Shown in pieces: positions 15,370 to 23,904 of a DNA stretch of 45,228 nt. Under the pieces are notes generated by a model. The model was not told the origin of the DNA. It saw only the letters and a list, made by a program, of their open reading frames with translations, and ran no database searches. The stretch is from Candidatus Heimdallarchaeota archaeon (GTDB lineage: Archaea > Asgardarchaeota > Heimdallarchaeia > Hodarchaeales > Hodarchaeaceae), in NCBI GenBank assembly GCA_048881705.1, contig JBHLSH010000024.1, positions 1 to 45,228 on the forward strand, in the 5' to 3' direction. Within the stretch, counting starts at the first letter, position 1. Each line of letters opens with the position of its first letter. A program made the position numbers and the translations under genes.

Positions 15370-17634
15370 ATGTCTTATGAGTATTATGGCGAAGAAGAAG
15401 ATATGCGTACTTGGAAGGCCATGCCTCTCCTACAGGCGCTTCTTGTATCTATTCTAATCCCTGTCGTTCTGGCAGTTGTATTTACCTTTGCCGGAGCAGC
15501 AACCAATCCACTTCTGCTACAAATTGAATTAATTCTGGTCGCTATCGCATTTTGTTCGATGGGGATTCTCACCCGTTCGAAATCACGTGGCCTCCTTAGC
15601 ATTATAGCAGCTCCGATCTCTTGGGGAATTCTATATTTAGCTGACACCCTTTCTGGTGGCTTTATTGTCAATCCATATGGACTGATTTCAGGACTTGCAG
15701 AGCCCTTGGCAGCGATTGCCCAAAGCCCTCTTCTCAGTGGATTAGCTGGGGATATGGGTATAATAACTCAGGTCGCAATTATCATTGACCTGATCATTGT
15801 TGAATTTTTTGCCTTTTTTCTGGGATTTTTCCTTGCGATGTTGGCAACAGGCTTATGGAAGAAGGACGGGAGTTTTGCGATTATTTCTGTCCCTTTTAAA
15901 CTAATTGCTGCTGCTTTTGTCATTGGAATTCTTGCCATAGTCCCCTTTGCGTACCATGGTATCGGAACCCTTGCTGATGGTGGAATATCATTGGGCGCAG
16001 GGGCTGCGGAAATCATGGGTATGTTTGGGGCCGATCTTGCCGGTGGCGGAGCACAAGCAGGTCTATCTTTGGATTTGAATAATGCGACAGTTCTTGCTGA
16101 ACTTAGTGCCGCAGCGGCACGAGCAGAAGCGTGGTTTCGGAGATCCAGTATTTCTTTCAAACAAGCCCAAGAGAATATTTTGATCCAAGCTGCCCTCAAT
16201 GCCCTGTTTCCTGAAGGTTCTGATTTTCGGGGCCTCAATATGCGTGAAATTACCTCTATACTTTCGATCTCTGACATTCTCGTCTCTATTTCCAGCGAAC
16301 TACCTGCGCTCTTAGCGGGGTACCAGAACTTTGCCAACGGATTCGACATTACCTTTTCAATCCTTGGTCAAACCAGTATAGGAGGCGGCCAAGGAGGGTC
16401 AATTGAGACCGTGGTTGCAACCTATGACCCATATTTTGTGGTTGGCCTCAATAACATGTCCGCCGCGCTCGATAATTTCACCGATGCTCAAGATGGAATT
16501 TTAGATGCAATTGCCGGAGCCAGTGCAATCATAAATCAAATCATTGTTGATCAAACAAGCGATTACGCAATAATTACGGATTTAATAGACGAAATGCAAG
16601 CGTTTTTCCCGATCCTTCTCGATGTAGCTCGTAGTGGAGTTTTCTTTTTGAATGGTACTTATAAGACCGCATTATCGATCGAAGATATAGGTGACAATGA
16701 TTTTGATGGGGCAAACTTCTGGTTAGACAGCGCAGCTCAGGATCTAGGTAGTGCGAATTCGACTCTTCAAAATGTGAGTACCTCTGCCCTTGATCCTAAT
16801 TCTCCTCTACCATTCTGGGGTACGGTGGAGATCATCAGAGATCTCGTGAATTTGCTGGGGTGGTTTACTCGCGCTGCTGCTAATACCACTGAATGTTATA
16901 CACGGATCGATGATGTACTTATAAGCCTGAATGCCCTGGATTTCCAGGGCACCTCGGTTCTTGCTACCAACTGGGATAATCTTTCAGCAAACGTATCAGC
17001 AGCCAACACTATTTTTGATGCAGCTCAGTTTAACATTGGTCAAGCTACCAGCCTCAGCGATCAATTAAGCAGTAAGAGCTATGGACCCGTTATTGATGGA
17101 AGCCTGGGTTCGGCAATTACCGACTTTTCAAATATGATGATGCAGTTTACTCATAATATCACTGAAGTCGATTACCTCTTGGATGCCTTGGAGTATACTG
17201 TGTTTTCTTTCCAATCATTCACAGAAGGATTTGCCTTGTTTAACAGTACCTTCGATTATGCCAGTAGCAACTCTGCGGACGGACCTACCTTCATATCACT
17301 CCTCACTGGCAATGCAACATGGAATCAAACAAAGGATAAATTTGGATACAGTATCGCCAACTCCTCCCTAGGATGGATTGCTATTGACACAACCACCGTC
17401 ATAGCTGGGAGTGTCCGGACATCATGGAAAAATATGCTTTACACACCGTCCTGGCCGATTACACCACCTACTGAACCCTCGATTGCTGGACTTTCTCAAA
17501 CAATCTTGGACCTAATGGCCGCAATAGAAACTCTTGCCGAATATGCTAATAAAGATTCGAATGCCGCATTGATCCAGACTGCTTTCGAGGGTATGGACAG
17601 CAATGACCCGTCTACCATTTTCGGTGGTGGATAG
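15370..17634 (+). CDS. Large membrane-anchored protein with a long acidic helical ectodomain
   Basis: About 5-6 N-terminal TM helices, then about 550 aa rich in Ala/Asp/Asn/Ser with many N-x-S/T sequons. Confidence 0.75.
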   Translation: MSYEYYGEEEDMRTWKAMPLLQALLVSILIPVVLAVVFTFAGAATNPLLLQIELILVAIAFCSMGILTRSKSRGLLSIIAAPISWGILYLADTLSGGFIVNPYGLISGLAEPLAAIAQSPLLSGLAGDMGIITQVAIIIDLIIVEFFAFFLGFFLAMLATGLWKKDGSFAIISVPFKLIAAAFVIGILAIVPFAYHGIGTLADGGISLGAGAAEIMGMFGADLAGGGAQAGLSLDLNNATVLAELSAAAARAEAWFRRSSISFKQAQENILIQAALNALFPEGSDFRGLNMREITSILSISDILVSISSELPALLAGYQNFANGFDITFSILGQTSIGGGQGGSIETVVATYDPYFVVGLNNMSAALDNFTDAQDGILDAIAGASAIINQIIVDQTSDYAIITDLIDEMQAFFPILLDVARSGVFFLNGTYKTALSIEDIGDNDFDGANFWLDSAAQDLGSANSTLQNVSTSALDPNSPLPFWGTVEIIRDLVNLLGWFTRAAANTTECYTRIDDVLISLNALDFQGTSVLATNWDNLSANVSAANTIFDAAQFNIGQATSLSDQLSSKSYGPVIDGSLGSAITDFSNMMMQFTHNITEVDYLLDALEYTVFSFQSFTEGFALFNSTFDYASSNSADGPTFISLLTGNATWNQTKDKFGYSIANSSLGWIAIDTTTVIAGSVRTSWKNMLYTPSWPITPPTEPSIAGLSQTILDLMAAIETLAEYANKDSNAALIQTAFEGMDSNDPSTIFGGG

Positions 17635-17647
17635 GCCCAGGCCGTTC

Positions 17648-17665
17648 CCCTTTTCCCTTTTTTTT
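17648..17665 (+). terminator. Oligo-T terminator-like tract
   Basis: CCCTTTTCCCTTTTTTTT starting about 14 nt after the stop at 17634. Confidence 0.5.
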
Positions 17666-17820
17666 AAATTGTTCTTGAAATCCGAGATCGCTCACTTCAG
17701 ATACAGCGAGTCGTGGATCTTTCCCCGTTATGAGGCGGGTACTCCACGTTTCAGAGTTAATAAACTAAAATCATGGTCTAAAAATATCGAAGAAATAGGT
17801 GATAATCATCGTGAAACCCT

Positions 17821-18819
17821 TTAGAATTCATCAGGATCCTGGAGCCAACGTTCTGCATCAATTGCCGCCTGACATCCCTGTCCCGCAGCGGTAATCGCCT
17901 GACGATATCGAAAATCCACCACATCTCCTGCTGCGAAAACCCCGGGAATCGAAGTCATAGTATGTTTTTTCTGGACGATGTATCCATTAAAAAATTCGAG
18001 TTTGTCCTTAAATAGCTGAGTTTGGGGAATGTGACCGATAGCAATTAATAAACCCCCTAGAGCGAGCTCTGATTCGGTTTGGGTCTCATTGTTATAGACC
18101 TTGATCCCTGCGAGTTTCTGATTGCCCAAAATTTCTATTACTTTGGTATTATAGATAAAATCGATTTTCTCTTCATCATAAGCCCGTTTTTGTAGAGATC
18201 GGTTGGCGCGCATATTCTCTTTTGGCCCCCGGTATATCATACGGACGCTAGTGGCGTATTTTGCCAGGAAAAGGGCTTCCTCGAATGCGCTATCGCCAGC
18301 GCCTATTACTGCGGCATTTACATCTTTGAAAAAGGGGGCATCGCAGGTTGCACAGTACGAAATTCCTCGGCCACTTAGTTCGTGTTCATTTTTGAGGCCT
18401 AATCTTTTGGGTGACGCCCCTGTTGCGATAATGACGGCTTTAGCTGTGAGCTGATGCTGCCCTGTTATGATAAAAAAGGGATATTGATCAAGGTTAACGT
18501 CTACTACATCTTCCTCAACAAATGTCGTACCTAATCGTTGCGCTTGTTGTCGCATACTCATGATTAAGTCGGGGCCTTGAATTTGTTCTGGAAATCCTGG
18601 GTAATTCTCAACCTCCGTAGTAGTCATCAGTTGGCCGCCTGATTCCACCCCCGCGACGACCAGGGGATTTAATTGCGCTCGAGCCGCGTAAATGGCAGCA
18701 GTTAACCCAGCGGGGCCACTACCAATGATAATAATTTCTTGATTCGGATCGACTTCCTCAGATGGACTAGGTCTATGTAGATATAATTGCATACCTATAC
18801 CCTCTGTTAAAAGGTTCAA
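17821..18819 (-). CDS. trxB: Thioredoxin-disulfide reductase
   Basis: GSGPAGLTAA, GGQLMTTTEVENYPGF, CATCD active site, GAGDSAFEEA, VFAAGDV, QAITAAGQG; true start may be ATG at 18792. Confidence 0.95.
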   Translation of the reverse strand: MNLLTEGIGMQLYLHRPSPSEEVDPNQEIIIIGSGPAGLTAAIYAARAQLNPLVVAGVESGGQLMTTTEVENYPGFPEQIQGPDLIMSMRQQAQRLGTTFVEEDVVDVNLDQYPFFIITGQHQLTAKAVIIATGASPKRLGLKNEHELSGRGISYCATCDAPFFKDVNAAVIGAGDSAFEEALFLAKYATSVRMIYRGPKENMRANRSLQKRAYDEEKIDFIYNTKVIEILGNQKLAGIKVYNNETQTESELALGGLLIAIGHIPQTQLFKDKLEFFNGYIVQKKHTMTSIPGVFAAGDVVDFRYRQAITAAGQGCQAAIDAERWLQDPDEF

Positions 18820-18952
18820 ATAGATAAAACCGTATACTTTTCTAGTGCTTTTCTGGTTTTATATCGTAAAAGGTCTTTTGTAGTTTATTCTTAAAGAAAC
18901 TGATTATTCTTATCTATGCACTCAATTGCCATAGCGTAAGAGGTATCTGCCA

Positions 18953-20278
18953 ATGATTTATGGTGTACATCCAAACTGGCGGAAAAATAGCACCCAAGAT
19001 GTTACAAGCTCGAATGACGCAGAAAAAGTTCTCGTCAGCGGATGGGTTCAACAAATAAGGGATAAGGGCAGTCTGGTATTCTTAACAATTCGGGATGCCA
19101 AGGGGATCTGTCAAGTAACACTTCATAAGAAAAAAATCACTGCTCAGGTCTGGGAAGATTGCCAAACCCTGACACTGGAATCTGTGGTTTCAATTGAAGG
19201 TCAGGTTAAAAAAGATCCGCGATCCCAACTTGGCGCTGAGTTAATTCCCTCGAATATTTTGATTCATTCTTTGGCATCGCATAAATTCCCGATTGATCTG
19301 ACTAAGAAAAAGACAAAGATGGATCTAGATACCATTTTTCGGTACAGGGAGTTGTCAATACGTGATCCCGATGTAGTAGCTGTTATGGAAATAAAACATC
19401 TGATTGCTCAGGCTACACGAGAATTTTTTACAGGAAAGGGATTTATTGAGATCTTCACTCCCTTGATTCTGGCTACATCCACTGAGGGGGGAGCTGAGCA
19501 GTTCAATCTAGACTACTATGGGGTTCCAGCTGTTCTCGCTCAATCATGTCAATTTTACAAACAGGCGGCTCTCGCCTGTCATGAGAAGGTTTTTGGGATA
19601 ATTCCTTCCTGGCGAGCAGAAAAATTCCATACCCCGAGACACTTGGCTGAATTCTGGCAGGTAGAAAATGAAATTGCATTTGCCACCGATGTTGAAATTA
19701 TGAATGTTCAAGAAGATTATATTATTTCAGTATTGGAACATGTTGTGTCCAAAGGTGCCCCTCAATTGGAGAGAATGGGGCGTCAAATTTCTATCCCTTC
19801 AAAACCGTTTAAACGTGTTCCTTTTGCAGAAGCAAAGAATATTCTCACCGAATTAGGAGTGGAAGAAGAACCAGATGAAGATTTTGGAGCCCCTGGTGAA
19901 CAGGCCCTGTCAAAAGCTTTTAATGACCCCTTTTTCATTATCGACTTCCCTTCGAAAATACGCGGCTTGTATTATGCTCGCAATCCAACCGATCCAGCTA
20001 TCACGCGATCTATTGACCTCATTGCCCCTGAAGGGTTTGGGGAGCTTTCCAGCGGTGGACAGCGTGTTTCGAATCATGAAACACTCAGAGCTCGAATATC
20101 CCAAAAAGGGTTTGATGAGGCCGATTTTGCTTGGTATCTGAGGATGTTTGAATATGGGATGCCCCCCCACGCGGGCTTTGGTCTAGGATTCGAACGTCTT
20201 GTTCGCTGGATAACGAATGTTTCGCATATCAGGGAAACTTCGATGTTTCCGCGAACACCCGAATTGTATCAGCCCTGA
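18953..20278 (+). CDS. aspS: Aspartyl-tRNA synthetase, archaeal/eukaryal type
   Basis: N-terminal OB anticodon domain; STEGGA; QFYKQ (Asp-binding Lys); motif 2 WRAE...RHLAE; ELSSGGQR; motif 3 GMPPHAGFGLGFERL. Confidence 0.88.
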   Translation: MIYGVHPNWRKNSTQDVTSSNDAEKVLVSGWVQQIRDKGSLVFLTIRDAKGICQVTLHKKKITAQVWEDCQTLTLESVVSIEGQVKKDPRSQLGAELIPSNILIHSLASHKFPIDLTKKKTKMDLDTIFRYRELSIRDPDVVAVMEIKHLIAQATREFFTGKGFIEIFTPLILATSTEGGAEQFNLDYYGVPAVLAQSCQFYKQAALACHEKVFGIIPSWRAEKFHTPRHLAEFWQVENEIAFATDVEIMNVQEDYIISVLEHVVSKGAPQLERMGRQISIPSKPFKRVPFAEAKNILTELGVEEEPDEDFGAPGEQALSKAFNDPFFIIDFPSKIRGLYYARNPTDPAITRSIDLIAPEGFGELSSGGQRVSNHETLRARISQKGFDEADFAWYLRMFEYGMPPHAGFGLGFERLVRWITNVSHIRETSMFPRTPELYQP

Positions 20279-20293
20279 TAGCCGCTTATTTCT

Positions 20294-21082
20294 CTAATTT
20301 CCCATAAATAGTTGAAAATGCAGTCTTAATATAAACCTCCACGCCCAGAAAGGGAAAAGGGGGTGAACCGGAATATTATTACGGAATTTAAGAAATTCTC
20401 CTATACATACATCCTCTGCTTTGTAGGCCTTAACAATTTGTAGAGGCGTAAAGTACATTGCATTATGGTAATTTCTCCATGTAAAAAGGCTCCATTTAAC
20501 GGCCTCCATGGAGAATTTGATGATTCGTGGATGAACGAGAGATAAAGCGAGCGCTCCTGTCGCTAAGAGCCATGTCATCATAAATGATTTTGTAATATCC
20601 CACTTTGTTAACGTAAGAAACTTCGGCCACTCAGTAAACACGTTTTTCCCCCAAACGATTCGGTGTTGGCGTAACAGCGACATCCACACTGAGTTTTGGG
20701 GCGCTAATACTGCGCTCAAGATCAGGTTCACGCTAAATACTTTAGAAAACTTCCTTTGTTCAAAATCCATTAATCTACAGACAAAACAATTCGTGAACAT
20801 CCCAGTCGAGGATTGTAGACCTCGTATAAGATTTATATCATACTCCTGATCAATGAGCAGCTTCCTTTCGATTTTAAAGACAGATTTCTTGATAAGTTTT
20901 AGCTTTTCGTCAGAACAGCGATCGTGCATAACAATAAGCAGGTCAACATCAGTCGACCGAGAATCTTTGCTTGGAAAAGCAACTGATCCGAATAGGATTA
21001 CCGCAATGAGATCATGATGATAATGGGTTTCCAAGTAATCTGTTACCGATTTGACATATCGACGGGTATTCGTGCGATTCAT
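20294..21082 (-). CDS. Nucleotidyltransferase (MNT-like) domain protein with a helical C-terminal domain
   Basis: Pol-beta superfamily motif LFGSVA...DVDLLIV; C-terminal RNNIPVH. Confidence 0.75.
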   Translation of the reverse strand: MNRTNTRRYVKSVTDYLETHYHHDLIAVILFGSVAFPSKDSRSTDVDLLIVMHDRCSDEKLKLIKKSVFKIERKLLIDQEYDINLIRGLQSSTGMFTNCFVCRLMDFEQRKFSKVFSVNLILSAVLAPQNSVWMSLLRQHRIVWGKNVFTEWPKFLTLTKWDITKSFMMTWLLATGALALSLVHPRIIKFSMEAVKWSLFTWRNYHNAMYFTPLQIVKAYKAEDVCIGEFLKFRNNIPVHPLFPFWAWRFILRLHFQLFMGN

Positions 21083-21146
21083 AAGAACACAGGATTTTAT
21101 GATGAAAGGATGTTAATCGTCGAATGTACCCAACAAAACTTAAGTA

Positions 21147-21845
21147 GTGCGGATTAATGAATCCATGTTGGTGATCTTGATGATTGAATATGAATCTCTC
21201 AAATTTCGCTGGCTTGGTCATGATGGTTTTATTATCTCGAATGAAGCAGGAACCCGTGTTGCTATTGATCCATTCAAGATAGAAGGGGATTTCGACCCTG
21301 TGGATGTCCTTATCAGTACGCACGAGCATTTTGACCATTGTCATCCCGATAGCATGAAAAAATTGGTTTCTTCAAAAACCGAAGTAATAGGCATTCCTAT
21401 GGCCAAGAAGACATTAGAAACCTTAAATTGTAAAAAACTTCATTATGTTGCCCCTGGAGATACCTTAACGGTAGGAAATCTTAATTTCGAGTTTGTTGCC
21501 TCCTATAATGTAAACAAATACCGAGATCCTGACAAAGGTATCCATTTTCATCCTAAAGCAGATAAAAAGATTGGAGTAGTAATGGAAATGGATGGACATA
21601 GGATTTATCATGCAGGGGACAGCGATCATATCCCCGAAATGGCCGATATCAAGACAGATGTTGCTTTATTACCTGTGAGCGGTACTTATGTAATGACAGC
21701 CGATGAAGCCATTGAAGCAGCGAAGACTCTCAACCCTAAACTAGCTATTCCAATGCACTTTGGTACCATTGTTGGAGAGAGAGCCATGGCGGATAAATTC
21801 GCCAAGAGCGTTACTTGTGAGGTCAAAATCCCCGAATTAGAGTAA
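21147..21845 (+). CDS. Metallo-beta-lactamase fold hydrolase
   Basis: WLGHDGF, IDPF, THEHFDH, YHAGDS, IPMHFG; probable start ATG at 21180. Confidence 0.9.
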   Translation: MRINESMLVILMIEYESLKFRWLGHDGFIISNEAGTRVAIDPFKIEGDFDPVDVLISTHEHFDHCHPDSMKKLVSSKTEVIGIPMAKKTLETLNCKKLHYVAPGDTLTVGNLNFEFVASYNVNKYRDPDKGIHFHPKADKKIGVVMEMDGHRIYHAGDSDHIPEMADIKTDVALLPVSGTYVMTADEAIEAAKTLNPKLAIPMHFGTIVGERAMADKFAKSVTCEVKIPELE

Positions 21846-21854
21846 TCTGAATTA

Positions 21855-23297
21855 TTACCCTTTTACCACTCCGACTGGCTTAACCTGAACAACCTTTTTC
21901 ACCACACCTGAATCGTGCATAGCATCGACCACATGTTCTACGTCCTTATAGGCGCCTGGAGCTTCTTCCGCCACCCCCACAAATGAATGTGCCTTAACGA
22001 CAATTCCCCGTTCAGCTAATTGCCGTACAATATCCTTACCGTAGTATTGCTTTTTTGCTCGTTTGCGCGACATACTGCGACCGGCGCCGTGGCATGCACT
22101 ACCGAAGGTTTCTTGCATCCCCAATTCGGTTCCTGTCAGGATATAGGATGATGTACCCATGGTTCCACCAATAAGGACGGGATGACCCACACTCTTGTAT
22201 TTTGAAGGAACCTGAGAGTGTTCGGGACCAAATGCTCGTGTGGAGCCCTTTCGATGAACCAAAACTCTTTTACCGTCGTGAGTCTCGAATTTGGATGTAT
22301 TGTGTCCAACATCGTAAAGCTGGTGGACTTCGGTCCCTAGAACCTTGTGAACAGTCTCACGGACAAGATGAGCGATTACTTGGCGGTTTGCAAAAGCGCA
22401 ATTGATGCCTGAATTGACAGCCGCAATGTAATCTTGACCCTCCTTGCTCTTAATCGGAGCGGAGCCCAATTCTTTGTCTGGTAATGGTAGATTGTATTTC
22501 TGGGAAGCCTGAACAAGAACTTTAGAGTAATCGGTCCCAATTTGGTGGCCTAGCCCTCTGGAGCCGCAGTGCATCGTTATCAAGAGCTGCTCGGGGAATA
22601 ATCCGAATTTTTTGGCAATAACTTCATCAAAGACCTTACTTACCACTTGTAGCTCGAGATAGTGGTTTCCTGACCCTAATGTACCGATCTGGTTATATTG
22701 TCGTTTCTTCGCTTTTAAACTGACTCTTTCTGGATCTGCCCCGTCAATACGTCCATTCTCTTCTGTATACTCGAGATCTTCTTCGGTACCATAGCCTTTT
22801 TCTACCATGTACCCTGCCCCTTCTCTCATCAGCTCATCCACTTGGGAGATCTCAAGCTGGATCTTGCCAGGTTTACCAAGCCCGGCCGGAACGGTTCGAA
22901 ACAACTCATTCATCAACTCGTTTTTCTGCGGATTGAGATCGGCCAAAGTGAGCTCGGTTAACATAGTACGAACTCCGCAATTTATGTCGTAACCAACGCC
23001 AGCCATGCTTACTACCCCTTCCTCTGCATCAAATGCGGCTACACCACCGATTGGGAATCCATAGCCGGGGTGGACGTCTGACATCGCCAACATACCCCGC
23101 TGAATGCCAGGTAATGATGCCACATTCATGATTTGGCGGGTAGCACTCCAATTACGGACATAATCGCGCTGGAGTTCCTCAATAATAGCCTGGTCACCAT
23201 AAATATATGCTGGTACTCGCATATTCCCTCTCTTTTCGATCGTCCAGAGATTCTTTCTGCCATTTACTTTTTTAAAGATATCAGATTCTTCTGTCAT
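21855..23297 (-). CDS. rtcB: RNA-splicing ligase RtcB
   Basis: DVHPGYGFPIG, GYDINCGVR, GSGNHYLE, HCGSRGLGHQ, HRKG, GTMG, HGAGR, EEAPGAYK. Confidence 0.97.
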   Translation of the reverse strand: MTEESDIFKKVNGRKNLWTIEKRGNMRVPAYIYGDQAIIEELQRDYVRNWSATRQIMNVASLPGIQRGMLAMSDVHPGYGFPIGGVAAFDAEEGVVSMAGVGYDINCGVRTMLTELTLADLNPQKNELMNELFRTVPAGLGKPGKIQLEISQVDELMREGAGYMVEKGYGTEEDLEYTEENGRIDGADPERVSLKAKKRQYNQIGTLGSGNHYLELQVVSKVFDEVIAKKFGLFPEQLLITMHCGSRGLGHQIGTDYSKVLVQASQKYNLPLPDKELGSAPIKSKEGQDYIAAVNSGINCAFANRQVIAHLVRETVHKVLGTEVHQLYDVGHNTSKFETHDGKRVLVHRKGSTRAFGPEHSQVPSKYKSVGHPVLIGGTMGTSSYILTGTELGMQETFGSACHGAGRSMSRKRAKKQYYGKDIVRQLAERGIVVKAHSFVGVAEEAPGAYKDVEHVVDAMHDSGVVKKVVQVKPVGVVKG

Positions 23298-23747
23298 TTA
23301 TACATCCACCAAACATTGAGCTATCCACTTGTTATCTGTAGTTTGCGTTATCTGTAGCTGGGTCCAGGTAGCTGCTTTAACCTCCAGTTTAAGTTTATGG
23401 CGGTCAATATCTATCGGTTCACCATAAATTTTGGCAACCAGACTGGTATCACTCAACTTTTCAACCTTGAATCGGCCGTACATTTTTCCTTCAACATCTT
23501 TCAAGTACAGGAGTTCGCTAAGCCATTCTAGAAGCAGTTCCTCCCGATTCGATGCCTTAATCTCGATCATGTCTGACTCACCCAGCTGGAGGTCTTTTGT
23601 TTCCACCATTATCTCGAACATGGCAAGGGCTACCTGTTCAAATGCTTCCACCAAGGTTGCACCCACACCTCTAACACCAATGTCCGCTTGATGCTCAAAA
23701 TACTCATAAGACATAGGCATCGACTCCAACCACACGAAAAACTCCAC
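23298..23747 (-). CDS. Archease (RtcB cofactor)
   Basis: YEYFEHQADIG, EVKAATW and C-terminal DV; its stop abuts the rtcB ATG (TAAATG); true start probably 23720 or 23714. Confidence 0.93.
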   Translation of the reverse strand: MEFFVWLESMPMSYEYFEHQADIGVRGVGATLVEAFEQVALAMFEIMVETKDLQLGESDMIEIKASNREELLLEWLSELLYLKDVEGKMYGRFKVEKLSDTSLVAKIYGEPIDIDRHKLKLEVKAATWTQLQITQTTDNKWIAQCLVDV

Positions 23748-23835
23748 GGATTTACTACTTTATGCACTTAGAACTTGGATTGGCCCTGAAAGCTTCTGAT
23801 GAAGAGTATTATGATTCGAAAAATAAGTCCCATTT

Positions 23836-23870
23836 TAAAAAGAAGAAAGTCCAAAAAAAAAAGAGGAGGG
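23836..23870 (-). terminator. T-rich tract downstream of the surface-protein gene
   Basis: Minus strand CCCTCCTCTTTTTTTTTTGGACTTTCTTCTTTT. Confidence 0.45.
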
Positions 23871-23904
23871 TATAAATGCCCTCAATATGTTGTGCTGTTT
23901 TGAG

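Noticed and set aside
17620-17634. C-terminal GGG of the 754-aa protein, as a ubiquitin-like conjugation tail
   Set aside because: There is no beta-grasp domain, the region is probably extracellular, and no E1/E2/JAB genes are nearby.
17635-17820. ATGA...AA...GA pattern downstream of trxB, as a possible eukaryote-like SECIS
   Set aside because: The GA quartet is out of register with the stem, and trxB has no in-frame TGA (it has a CATC active site and a TAA stop).
23796-23821. CTGATGA...GAAA resembling a hammerhead ribozyme core upstream of archease
   Set aside because: Stem II lacks the closing G-C pair in register, and no complementary stems I/III with a UH cleavage site can be formed.
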